From IMG/VR virus record IMGVR_UViG_2713897055_000004: 16,767 bases of DNA. One strand, written 5' to 3'. The position numbers and the translations under genes are program-made. The notes below the pieces were generated by a model. It worked only from the letters and a program-made list of their open reading frames with translations. It was not told the origin of the DNA and searched no databases. Shown piece by piece: positions 1 to 8,110 of this stretch. Each line of letters begins with the position of its first letter. Within the stretch, counting starts at the first letter, position 1. This DNA is from a virus (Duplodnaviria; Heunggongvirae; Uroviricota; Caudoviricetes).

Positions 1-77
1 CCAAAACGCACTTCACGCACCGACGGCTGCGAGTTCACCTCCATATCCGGCTTCACTTTCCAGCGAAAGGTTTTCAT
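1..77 (-). CDS. M: Minor tail protein M, N-terminal fragment (gene continues beyond window start)
   Basis: Minus-strand ATG at 77..75 overlaps the H stop (ATGA). Translation MKTFRWKVKPDMEVNSQPSVREVRFG matches the remembered N-terminus of lambda gpM. Gene order after H also fits. Confidence 0.8.
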   Translation of the reverse strand, partial: MKTFRWKVKPDMEVNSQPSVREVRF

Positions 78-2653
78 CGCCCGCTCCCTGATAACATACC
101 GCCATCACGCAACTGCAGCCGGAGCTCATCCTGCGCCCCCTTGCGGGCCATGTCATACACCGCCTTCATCAGCTGCGGCCCCGCCTGTCCGTTGATACCG
201 TCGTTCTGAATCACCACGTGATTGTTCTGATTAAAATTAATACCTTCCGCCCGCCGCATCTGCGCCGGACTTCCGGCACCACCCACATACCCCCCTTCCG
301 CATAGCCGCGCATCAGACGGTAAAGATTCCCCACGCCTATCCGGCTGGTTGCCTCCTTCGTGAAGACAAACTCCCCGCGGTGAACTATCCCCGCAGGCTC
401 ATATTTGCCGCCCGTGCCCGTAAATCCGCCGGTCGCAAAATGGAAGTTCGCCGCCGCAGCCTCAATGGCCGTCCCCGTGGAGGCAGACGCCCCACCACCG
501 AAAGCACCACCAATGGCGCTGCCGATACGCCCGACAATGCCCACCATGGCCTGTTTAAGCAGGATTTCTGTCATCATGGACAGCACCGAACGGGTGAATC
601 CCCGCCAGTCTGCCTCTGCACCGGTCAGCATCGCCGTCATATTCTGTGCAATACCGTCAAAGGTCTGCGTGGCAGCACTTTTAACCTGCGAAAAACTGTC
701 CGTCGCACTTTCCGTCCACTCACCCCAGCCGGACTTCAGACCGGCCAGCCAGTCACCGCGCAGCATGTCTTCATCCGCCCATGTCTGTTTCAGTGCCCCG
801 GTGACCCGGGCCAGCGCCTGCGGATTATCGCCATACACGTCACGAAGACGCTGCGTTTCAGACTCCCGCTGCGCCTGACGGTCAGTGAGACCACGGGCTT
901 TTGCGCTGATGGCGGCCTGCTTCGCGCTCTGCTGCTCTTCAAACCGTGCCGCCTGCTGTGCCAGCTCATTCAGCCGTTTCTGGTATTCAACCTTGTCACC
1001 CAGCTCAGCCAGCTGGCGTTTGTACTCCAGCGTTTCTTTCTCATGAGCCAGCAGGGATTTTTCCTGCCCGGATAACTGTCGTTTCGTGGCAGCCTCTTTC
1101 AGGACCGCATACTGACTTTCTGCCTTCCATAAATCACGGCGCTGCCGGCTGATTTTCTCATTCGCACCGCTGTGTTTTTCCAGCGTCCTGAGTTCAGCTT
1201 CAAGGGCAAGCAGGGCTGCATGCGCCCGGTCTTCCTGACGCTCCCCGGCTGACACTCTGACACCTGACGACTTCGGTTTTTTCTGCGTTGATTCATAATC
1301 CTTTTTCGCCGACGCCATCAGCGTGTTGTAATCTGCCTGCAGGATTTTCCCGTCTTTCAGGGCCTGATTCAGCTCTTTCTGCCGGGCGGTATATTTATCC
1401 AGCGGCGACAACAGGCGTTCATACGCTTTCTGCGCCTCTCCGGTATACTTCAGCTGTGACGCCTCACGCTCAGCCCTGTCCCTTGCCGCCAGTTCACCGG
1501 CTTTTTCCATATCCGACTGCAGCGTTGCCGCCGCCAGCCCCAGACGGGCATTTTCCCGGTCATCCCATGCACCCTGAAGGTTGGCCCGGAAAGAGGAGGT
1601 TTTACCGCGGCGCTGGCTCCGGCTCTGGTACCACTGCCATTTTTTATCCGCCTCATCAAATGCCTTCTGCGCACTGGCGAGCATATCCGCTGAGGATTCA
1701 GGACGACCGATATCCAGAATGGCATCCCACATCGATTTGAACGCCTTTCCTGTTTTATCCGCCCAGGTTTCCAGCGTCCCCATGTTCTCTTTCAGGCGGC
1801 GGGTCTGCTCATCAAAGCCTTTCGTGGCAGCATCGTTCGCCGCCTGTAAGGCACCGGCCTCGTCTCCGGAACGCTGCAGCTGTGCAACATACGCAATCTG
1901 CTCCGCCGTCACGTTGCGGAACTGGCGTGCCATCGCAGTCAGCCCCGACGTCGGGTCGGTGGTCAGTTTTCCGAAAGCCTCTGCAACCTTGTCCACCTCC
2001 ACACCGGAGGCAGACGCAAAACGCACCACACTCTGGTTAATGGCATCAAACTGTTCACCACCACGCACACCGGCACTGACCAGGGCTGCCAGTGACTCTC
2101 CCGCCTGGTTAAACGTCAGCCCTGCCGCCTGCCCGGCTCTGGAGAGCGTCAGCATGCGCTCTGCCGTCAGTCCTGACTGATTACCGGAAAGAACCAGGGT
2201 TTTATTAAACGCTGAAAGCGTGGAATCCCCCTGGTACCAGGCGTACGCCAGCGCACCGGTCGCCACCGCCAGCGAGGTGACCCCGACCATCGGCAGGCTG
2301 ATCGCACCGGCAAGCCCCCGGAACATGGGGATCATCCCGCCGAATGAGTCCTTCACCTGACCGCCCTGTTGCAGCAGGATGAGCCAGGGATTCTGACCAC
2401 CGGCAAGCTGCGTGGCCACGTCGGTGAACTGCATGGGTAGCATACGCATGGCGGCTTTATACTGCCCGACGGACATCCCGGCTTTTTGTGCAGCCAGCGC
2501 CTGGCGGCTCAGCCCCTGCTCAACAGCAGTGGCGGTTTTTCTGGCGTCAGTCTCCAGTCCTGAAAAATGACGCCTTACGCGGGTCATCTGCTCATCGAAA
2601 CGGACCGCATCCAGACTCAGGTCAATAACAAGATCACCAACCGGCTGGGACAT
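74..2653 (-). CDS. H: Tail tape measure protein
   Basis: 859-aa ORF, collinear along its whole length with remembered lambda gpH (853 aa), including the Gly-rich C-terminal part. ATG at 2653 is preceded by GGAGGTG. Position between G/T and M. Confidence 0.95.
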   Translation of the reverse strand: MSQPVGDLVIDLSLDAVRFDEQMTRVRRHFSGLETDARKTATAVEQGLSRQALAAQKAGMSVGQYKAAMRMLPMQFTDVATQLAGGQNPWLILLQQGGQVKDSFGGMIPMFRGLAGAISLPMVGVTSLAVATGALAYAWYQGDSTLSAFNKTLVLSGNQSGLTAERMLTLSRAGQAAGLTFNQAGESLAALVSAGVRGGEQFDAINQSVVRFASASGVEVDKVAEAFGKLTTDPTSGLTAMARQFRNVTAEQIAYVAQLQRSGDEAGALQAANDAATKGFDEQTRRLKENMGTLETWADKTGKAFKSMWDAILDIGRPESSADMLASAQKAFDEADKKWQWYQSRSQRRGKTSSFRANLQGAWDDRENARLGLAAATLQSDMEKAGELAARDRAEREASQLKYTGEAQKAYERLLSPLDKYTARQKELNQALKDGKILQADYNTLMASAKKDYESTQKKPKSSGVRVSAGERQEDRAHAALLALEAELRTLEKHSGANEKISRQRRDLWKAESQYAVLKEAATKRQLSGQEKSLLAHEKETLEYKRQLAELGDKVEYQKRLNELAQQAARFEEQQSAKQAAISAKARGLTDRQAQRESETQRLRDVYGDNPQALARVTGALKQTWADEDMLRGDWLAGLKSGWGEWTESATDSFSQVKSAATQTFDGIAQNMTAMLTGAEADWRGFTRSVLSMMTEILLKQAMVGIVGRIGSAIGGAFGGGASASTGTAIEAAAANFHFATGGFTGTGGKYEPAGIVHRGEFVFTKEATSRIGVGNLYRLMRGYAEGGYVGGAGSPAQMRRAEGINFNQNNHVVIQNDGINGQAGPQLMKAVYDMARKGAQDELRLQLRDGGMLSGSGR

Positions 2654-3098
2654 ATCTCACACCTCCGGAAATCCCCGCTGAAGCCATCATTAATGCAACA
2701 TCATCCTCGCTGACATCCACCACATCCGCAGAAGGTGAAATATCGCCCCCTCCCTCCCCACCGAACCGGACGCCTCCGGCAAGTCCTGCCGCTTTCTGCA
2801 TCAGCATGTCTTCCTCATCCGGCCTCTCCGTCTGCGCTTCCTCACGCCGGGGGACAAGCAGACTGAAATCCGAGGGATGCATATCCGGATCGCAAAAAAA
2901 CAGGCTGAGTACGGCGTACGTCAGCCCGGAAAAATGCATATCCAGCTGGGTATCGTGAAAATAATGCGTGCGGTAAAAACGTCGCCAGTCGGCATATTCG
3001 GTGGATGTCATCCCGGCAAGCATGGCGCGCCAGTCGGGTCTCCCCATCTCACGCGCCAGTCTGAGGGCAAAGTTCAGCTCGCCGTCGAAGACTTTCCC
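2634..3098 (-). CDS. T: Tail assembly chaperone T-frame segment, expressed only as a G-T fusion by programmed -1 frameshift (fusion spans 2634..3505)
   Basis: The -1 frame from the slippery site reads VFDGELNFALRLAREMGRPDWRAMLAGMTSTEYADW..., matching remembered lambda gpT. There is no independent good start. Frame arithmetic checked: the codon at 3092 is in the frame of the 2634..3047 ORF. Confidence 0.8.
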   Translation of the reverse strand, partial: GKVFDGELNFALRLAREMGRPDWRAMLAGMTSTEYADWRRFYRTHYFHDTQLDMHFSGLTYAVLSLFFCDPDMHPSDFSLLVPRREEAQTERPDEEDMLMQKAAGLAGGVRFGGEGGGDISPSADVVDVSEDDVALMMASAGISGGVRYVPAGW

Positions 3099-3505
3099 GC
3101 AGAAAAATCATCATCAGTCAGCGTGTTATTTTTCGCCACTTCAGTAATATCAGTATCCGGACGAACAGCTTCGATCATCCCGGACAGGCACAACACCACG
3201 TCTTCCGCCCGGGCAATGGCATCGGCAGGCCAGGTGGTGAGCACTTCCTGCTCTATCTTCATCACGGCCTCATTCATTGACGGTGACTGCGTTTTCTGTG
3301 GATGGTTATGCCACAGGGACATCGCCACCAGAAACGCCCCGGTTCTGACAAGGTCTTCCACGCTCACCTGCAGGTTGCCGCTGGCTTCTGCCTCTTCTGC
3401 CCGCCGTTTCAGGAGGGCAAGATGCTCAATACGCTGCAGCGCAGACAGCTCAGAAAGCGTGACAGACACACCGTTATATTCAAATTGTTCTGTTTTCAGA
3501 AACAT
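3074..3505 (-). CDS. G: Tail assembly chaperone G
   Basis: 143 aa. MFLKTEQFEYNGVSVTLSELSALQRIEHLALLKRR... matches remembered lambda gpG. Lies immediately downstream of V. Confidence 0.9.
   Translation of the reverse strand: MFLKTEQFEYNGVSVTLSELSALQRIEHLALLKRRAEEAEASGNLQVSVEDLVRTGAFLVAMSLWHNHPQKTQSPSMNEAVMKIEQEVLTTWPADAIARAEDVVLCLSGMIEAVRPDTDITEVAKNNTLTDDDFSAGKSSTAS
3092..3098 (-). promoter_or_regulatory. Slippery heptamer G_GGA_AAG for the G-T -1 ribosomal frameshift
   Basis: Minus-strand sequence GCG GGA AAG TCT in the G zero frame (codon phase verified from the G start at 3505), 6 codons before the G stop. Same heptamer and position as the lambda G-T frameshift site. Confidence 0.8.
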
Positions 3506-3520
3506 GCTTTATCTCCCCTC

Positions 3521-4270
3521 TCAGCCTGCAGCGCCATCCGTGACGGTGATCTCCGCCACCGCCGCAAACTCACCATTGCCGGTGACAACAGGGATCTGCG
3601 CTTTACCGGCCGCAACACCTTTCACCGTGATCGTGTTCCCTTTCACGGTAATGGTCGCAAAATTCTGATTCGCCGACGTGGCGCGGAAGGTTTTATCCGT
3701 CGCCCCTTCCGGCTGAACAGCCACGGTCAGGGTGATATTCTGACCTTTTGCCACATTGCCCGTTGGTGGCGTCACGGTAATACCGGTGACCGGTGTGATG
3801 TCCCCCTGATCTTCCGCCAGCGACGGACGACCGATATTGGTGATTTTTACCGTACGGGTGATCACCTCTTTGGCGGTCACCGCTTTACCAATGGCGCTCA
3901 CCCAGCCACGAAACACATCCACCGTGCCATTCGGGAAACGGATTTTGTAGGCCCGGCTCTCACTGCTGTCAAACCAGGCAATCAAATCGCGCTGCCCTTT
4001 CTCGCCCGGCTTCCAGGCCAGCGTAAAACTGGTGTCACCGGCAGATTTCTGCCCCTGCCCGGTGGATACCCAGTCAGCATCCTCATCATCCAGATAGTTA
4101 TCATCGTAGGATTCTGCCGTCATCTCGCCGGGGGTCAGATCTTTTATTTTTGCCAGGCGCGTCCACTCATCGTCTGACAACGGGTTTGCATAAGCATCAC
4201 CCTTGCCGGTGTAAACCCACAGTGTGGTACCGGCACCTTTTACCGGCTCCAGGGGATTTGGTGTTGCCAT
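3521..4270 (-). CDS. V: Major tail tube protein V
   Basis: 249 aa. Collinear with remembered lambda gpV (for example [29 protein letters not shown], and the C-terminal region ending [13 protein letters not shown]). Confidence 0.95.
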   Translation of the reverse strand: MATPNPLEPVKGAGTTLWVYTGKGDAYANPLSDDEWTRLAKIKDLTPGEMTAESYDDNYLDDEDADWVSTGQGQKSAGDTSFTLAWKPGEKGQRDLIAWFDSSESRAYKIRFPNGTVDVFRGWVSAIGKAVTAKEVITRTVKITNIGRPSLAEDQGDITPVTGITVTPPTGNVAKGQNITLTVAVQPEGATDKTFRATSANQNFATITVKGNTITVKGVAAGKAQIPVVTGNGEFAAVAEITVTDGAAG

Positions 4271-4277
4271 ATCGTCC

Positions 4278-4673
4278 TCACATCTCGTATGTAATGGAAT
4301 AAGTCAGATCTGCAGAACTCCACAATGCCATATCGTCATCACGACGATACTCATAGCCCTGCGTAACCATCGCGGTAATCATGCCCGCCAGTGCCGGGAT
4401 CGCAGTTATCGCCGGGTAAATCCGGCTTTCCATCCACAGATCAAGCTCTGAATCCGGTACCTGTGCCGGTAAAAACACCTCAATATGCAGTGTGGCCCGC
4501 CAGGTATCTGCATCCAGCTCTTCACCGGTATACTCTGCATCCGTCAGATAAACCGCGATCGCGGGAAAATCCTCTTCGTCAAAAACAACGGGGCGACCAT
4601 CAAACAGCGTCGCCCCGTGTTCATGCTGCTCGAGTGCATCCAGCACTGCGGCACGAATATCAGTATGTTTCAT
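4278..4673 (-). CDS. U: Tail terminator protein U
   Basis: 131 aa, same length as lambda gpU. MKHT(D/E)(I/L)RAAVLDALE and the C-terminal LWSSADLTY(S/V)ITYEM match. Confidence 0.9.
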   Translation of the reverse strand: MKHTDIRAAVLDALEQHEHGATLFDGRPVVFDEEDFPAIAVYLTDAEYTGEELDADTWRATLHIEVFLPAQVPDSELDLWMESRIYPAITAIPALAGMITAMVTQGYEYRRDDDMALWSSADLTYSITYEM

Positions 4674-5245
4674 CGTTTTATCGCAATCCTCAGTTGTTGT
4701 TTCAGCGCATATGCCAGTTCTTTGGGCAGGCGTTCTCGACGGATACGGTCAACGTTTTCATCAAACGCCTGTTTCAGTGGGGCCGCCATCGGGATTTTCA
4801 CCACCTGAATGGGAAGGCGATTACGCTTTTTCCTGCCCTTGTCGTCATAGCCCTTCTCATATCTGGCTTCGGGAAGACGTTGCATAACATGCCAGCGCCC
4901 ATTATTTAATCGCTGGATAAATGCCCGCTGATAACGATGCTGACCGGCTTTGAGTATGCTGTCCGGACGACGCCCCAGCATTCTGATCCCCAGCTTAATC
5001 ACAGGGAGATCACCGCGGTTAACGATAATTTTTGCATTCGGATTTCTGACCGTGGCCCGTTTCAGTCTGGACCGTTCCTTAACCAGTTTCCGGCGTACCT
5101 TTGTCTCACGGGCAACCTGTGATGAAGACTGATTAATCGCCGTTGTGGCCACGCGGTTAATCGTCATTGCTGAAGCCGCCGGAATGGCGTTTTTACGAAC
5201 CCGGCTCAGATTGTCAATCGCCTGATCAAGCCCTTTTATCGCCAT
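4670..5245 (-). CDS. Z: Tail completion protein Z
   Basis: 191 aa. MAIKGL(D/E)QA and the C-terminal IERIRRERLPKEL motif match remembered lambda gpZ (192 aa). Confidence 0.9.
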   Translation of the reverse strand: MAIKGLDQAIDNLSRVRKNAIPAASAMTINRVATTAINQSSSQVARETKVRRKLVKERSRLKRATVRNPNAKIIVNRGDLPVIKLGIRMLGRRPDSILKAGQHRYQRAFIQRLNNGRWHVMQRLPEARYEKGYDDKGRKKRNRLPIQVVKIPMAAPLKQAFDENVDRIRRERLPKELAYALKQQLRIAIKR

Positions 5246-5260
5246 AATTTCACCCTGCGT

Positions 5261-5614
5261 TTATCGTCGCCGGTTAACAGCGGGTGGTTGCCCACGGTTG
5301 AGCCAGAGATAACAGCTGCCCCCGTCATCCGGAGAAACACGATCCACCCAGAACATCCCGCCGTTAATGGTCAGCGTGTCACCACGTCGCACGGCACGCA
5401 CCGTATCCGTCCGCACAAATAATGACGGGCTGCTTCCTTCAATACGGACCCCGCCACCGGCAAAACCCAGCGACTCCGGATCGTCAAAAACCCCCTGAAC
5501 TTCACCGCCACGTTGTGCTCCGGAGGTGAACTGCGCACGGATCCCCATCACTTCAACAATCGTGCTGTCCACCCCCGCAAGGGCGGCATCAAAGGCATTC
5601 TTAAAATCACGCAT
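5261..5614 (-). CDS. FII: Head-tail connector protein FII
   Basis: 117 aa, same length as lambda gpFII. GVFDDPE, VRIEGSSPSLFVRTD and FWVDRVSPDDGGSC(Y/H)LWL(N/G)RG.PPAVNRRR match. Confidence 0.9.
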   Translation of the reverse strand: MRDFKNAFDAALAGVDSTIVEVMGIRAQFTSGAQRGGEVQGVFDDPESLGFAGGGVRIEGSSPSLFVRTDTVRAVRRGDTLTINGGMFWVDRVSPDDGGSCYLWLNRGQPPAVNRRR

Positions 5615-5990
5615 ACTCAGCCGTTCCGTGCTGTATCATGGCCATTGCCAGTGATGATGGCACCAGAACACGCATCCCCCGGAACGTAAGCTCAACAGGA
5701 CGGCCTGTCTCCGGGCAATACCCCATCACATGCAGGCACTTGCGCACACGGACGGCTTTAACATCATCCGGAGCATCCGTGTTGTTCAACGGCTCACCAT
5801 CGTCTGTGTCATTTTGATCAGACCAGCTCTCATCAGAGTGCATAATGCCCTCCCGGGAAGCTGCAAGCTCCTCTTCCCACTCAGACACACGCTGAGCAAT
5901 ATCCGCAGCACTCCCCGACATATCCGCCTCGCGCCCCAGCAGACCAGCCAGTTGACGAAGACGATTCAGATTTTCTTCTTTTGTTGCCAT
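5607..5990 (-). CDS. FI: DNA packaging/head assembly protein FI (start taken at the ATG at 5990, not the upstream alternative start at 6023 in the ORF track)
   Basis: Position between E and FII. The ATG at 5990 is preceded by a GGGGG-containing Shine-Dalgarno-like sequence. The acidic N-terminal half fits FI. Sequence similarity to lambda FI is weaker than for neighbouring genes, so the call is mainly by synteny. Confidence 0.75.
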   Translation of the reverse strand: MATKEENLNRLRQLAGLLGREADMSGSAADIAQRVSEWEEELAASREGIMHSDESWSDQNDTDDGEPLNNTDAPDDVKAVRVRKCLHVMGYCPETGRPVELTFRGMRVLVPSSLAMAMIQHGTAEYA

Positions 5991-6002
5991 CTCAGCCCCC
6001 TG

Positions 6003-6033
6003 TGAAAAAAGACACGGGGGCATTTCGCCCCCG
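6003..6033 (-). terminator. Candidate intrinsic terminator/attenuator hairpin between E and FI
   Basis: Minus-strand RNA: CGGGGGC-GAAAU-GCCCCCG (7-bp perfect GC stem) followed by UGUCUUUUUUCACAG. Sits 9 nt after the E stop and just before the FI ribosome-binding site. Confidence 0.35.
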
Positions 6034-6041
6034 CTCCCGGA

Positions 6042-7067
6042 TTATTTCACCTGTACCACCACAAACTCATCCGGATCCGGCAGCACCATCAGCGGTGCAG
6101 ACTGCGTCATGGTGAATTCACGGGCCGGATCGCCCACGGTCAGCCAGTGTTTCGGGTAACGGGAAGAAGCCACCACACCTTCGGACAACGCCTGTGCATC
6201 CTGAATGGCACCGTAACAACGGATCCCCTCTGCTGACGTATTTCCCAGGACCAGCGTGCCCTCTGGCAGATAACGTTTTTCGGTACCGTCCTCTGCCACA
6301 TAAGACGTTTTCGCCACCACAATAGCCAGATCGCCGTAATACCCTTTGAAAGACACCACCGCTCCCAGGTCTTTCACTGCCGTTTCGAGTTGTGAATTTG
6401 AGCCGCGACGGGTATCCAGTTTTTCGCGGAACAGCTTAAAGCCATTCAGCAGACGCCAGACCGTACCGTCCATAATGGCGATATTCACAAGACCGCTGGC
6501 CTGATCGCAGTAGAGGTCAATATCATGCGTCGGATCAAACGTATCACGGTCCTGCTCAGACCATTTTTTACCATCAGCCTGCTCAATGTTATTTCCTTCA
6601 GAGCGCCCGAAATCAACCTCGACAGTATCAAACTGCTCCCCTTCCATGGTGTATTTGCCATACAGCACGGCATTCACCGCCTGCATTTCTTCCACCTGGA
6701 CAATGGCATGCTCTTCCTGTTTGAGGTTATCGGTGATGATACGCAGACGACGGTAGGCCGGGTCGTTCAGCTGCGCCGGATCTTCACCGGGAAGGCGCTC
6801 CACCGCCTGCTGGTAATTAAATTCGTGTTTCGGCTTGACGTAGCCCGGACGTAACACGCGGGTTTCACCACCACGATGACGCAGCACTTTTCCTTCAACA
6901 ACCGGGGAGACATAGGCTGCCACCGGCGTTCCGGTAATTTTGTCCAGCATCACCTCTTCGGTGTGGAAATTCACCGTACGGCGGAAAAACAGTTCCAGAA
7001 ACAGCGCACGAAATTTCACTTTTTGTTCGGTATAACCGAGTAACTGGCGGGTCGTAAACAATCCCAT
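6042..7067 (-). CDS. E: Major capsid protein E
   Basis: 341 aa, same length as lambda gpE. Long collinear matches (KLDTRRGSNS(Q/E)LETAVKDLG, TGDPAREFTM.QSAPLM.L.DPDEFV.VQ). Confidence 0.95.
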   Translation of the reverse strand: MGLFTTRQLLGYTEQKVKFRALFLELFFRRTVNFHTEEVMLDKITGTPVAAYVSPVVEGKVLRHRGGETRVLRPGYVKPKHEFNYQQAVERLPGEDPAQLNDPAYRRLRIITDNLKQEEHAIVQVEEMQAVNAVLYGKYTMEGEQFDTVEVDFGRSEGNNIEQADGKKWSEQDRDTFDPTHDIDLYCDQASGLVNIAIMDGTVWRLLNGFKLFREKLDTRRGSNSQLETAVKDLGAVVSFKGYYGDLAIVVAKTSYVAEDGTEKRYLPEGTLVLGNTSAEGIRCYGAIQDAQALSEGVVASSRYPKHWLTVGDPAREFTMTQSAPLMVLPDPDEFVVVQVK

Positions 7068-7095
7068 AAATCAGTTCCTTTCATTCAGAAATCAG

Positions 7096-7117
7096 TCAGG
7101 CCAACGCGGTGGCCTGA
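7096..7117 (-). promoter_or_regulatory. Intercistronic hairpin between D and E
   Basis: Perfect inverted repeat TCAGGCCA-ACGCGG-TGGCCTGA (8-bp stem) in the 57-bp D-E spacer, upstream of the E Shine-Dalgarno sequence AAGGA. Confidence 0.3.
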
Positions 7118-7124
7118 TAACGTG

Positions 7125-7472
7125 TTACGGCAGCGCCGCGTGACTCAGGGCTGTGCCGACAAAGGCGTTGGCCTTTTTGTGTTCATCCACACGTTCAGGC
7201 CAGCGGATTGCCTCCGTCGCAAAGGTCCCCGACTTGTAATAGGTCAGCACCGTCTCTGTGCCTTCAAGCGGCAGTACCAGTATGCCAGCCGCACTACCGG
7301 CTTTCTGTCCGTCCCAGACCACCAGTTTCCCGGTGGACTCATCCAGCATCAGGGGTGTCAGTGCCGGTGTTGCCTGAGAAATCCCGCTGCTGCCTGTGGC
7401 GGTATGAGCCGGATCATTACCGGCAAAAATACGTACTTCCGCACGTTGTTCAGTGATGGTTTTCGTCACCAT
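7125..7472 (-). CDS. D: Head decoration protein D
   Basis: 115 aa. DPAHTAT, TPLMLD, KLV.WDG, GIL, YKSGTF match remembered lambda gpD (110 aa). Confidence 0.9.
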   Translation of the reverse strand: MVTKTITEQRAEVRIFAGNDPAHTATGSSGISQATPALTPLMLDESTGKLVVWDGQKAGSAAGILVLPLEGTETVLTYYKSGTFATEAIRWPERVDEHKKANAFVGTALSHAALP

Positions 7473-7507
7473 TTTGTTAAAACCTCATATTGATGTCAGC
7501 ACTGACT

Positions 7508-8110
7508 TCATGGCATGGCCATGAGCATTTTCACGTCCGCATCACCGTCTGCTGACGTCTGTGGCACGCCACCCCGCACCGCTGCCGGTGAATGATTCGC
7601 CATGAAATGTTCAAACAAGGCGGTTGTGGATGCAGAGACCGGTTCTGCCTTACCTGATCCCGCAGCCAGCACAGCCCGGGCGTTCTCCACGGTCATTCCC
7701 GGGCAGGCCGCCAGTTTTTCAGCCTGCGCTTCTGCCCCTTTTGCCTCATCCAGGGCCATGATCTGATCACGAAGTGAGGGCCCGGCATTCGCCTGCGGTG
7801 AGGCAGCCAGGATCGGGCGGGCTTTTTCCACCGTCATCTCCGGCATCGCCGCCAGCGTTGCCGCCAGTTGTTCACGACCTTTCGCTTCTTCACACGCCAT
7901 AATGCGATCGGCTTCACTCTGCGCGGATGCCACCGGCTGCTGTGGTGCCGCCGCGGCCAGAATCGCCCGGGCCTGTTCAATGCTCATGCCCTGTTGTCCT
8001 GCCAGCATCGTGGCAAGCTGTTCACGTCCTTTCGCTTCCTGACACGTCAGGATCCCCATCACTCGCTGGTTCTCCTGCGCGGCAGCTTCCGTTGCAGTTA
8101 ATTGCGGCAT
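7508..8110 (-). CDS. Nu3: Nu3-like scaffolding protein, in-frame internal start within C
   Basis: Internal ATG at 8110 preceded by a perfect AGGAGG 4 nt upstream. It lies at the position equivalent to the lambda Nu3 start (MTKETQ in lambda, MPQLTA here). Same frame and stop as C. Confidence 0.6.
   Translation of the reverse strand: MPQLTATEAAAQENQRVMGILTCQEAKGREQLATMLAGQQGMSIEQARAILAAAAPQQPVASAQSEADRIMACEEAKGREQLAATLAAMPEMTVEKARPILAASPQANAGPSLRDQIMALDEAKGAEAQAEKLAACPGMTVENARAVLAAGSGKAEPVSASTTALFEHFMANHSPAAVRGGVPQTSADGDADVKMLMAMP

Noticed and set aside
218-2180. Several plus-strand ORFs (218..1075, 405..878, 946..1152, 1288..1740, 1581..2180)
   Set aside because: All lie antisense to the tape measure gene H, which has a lambda-like translation along its whole length. 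The plus-strand translations are low-complexity (Pro/Arg/Ala-rich) with no recognisable motifs, as expected for spurious frames in GC-rich coding DNA.
2877-4177. Plus-strand ORFs 2877..3668 and 3302..4177
   Set aside because: Antisense to T, G and V, which are confidently identified. No ribosome-binding sites or recognisable domains.
6525-7493. Plus-strand ORFs 6525..6854, 7122..7493 and 7208..7456, plus minus-strand ORFs 6140..6322 and 6485..6673
   Set aside because: These overlap E or D in other frames or on the opposite strand. E and D match lambda proteins across their lengths.
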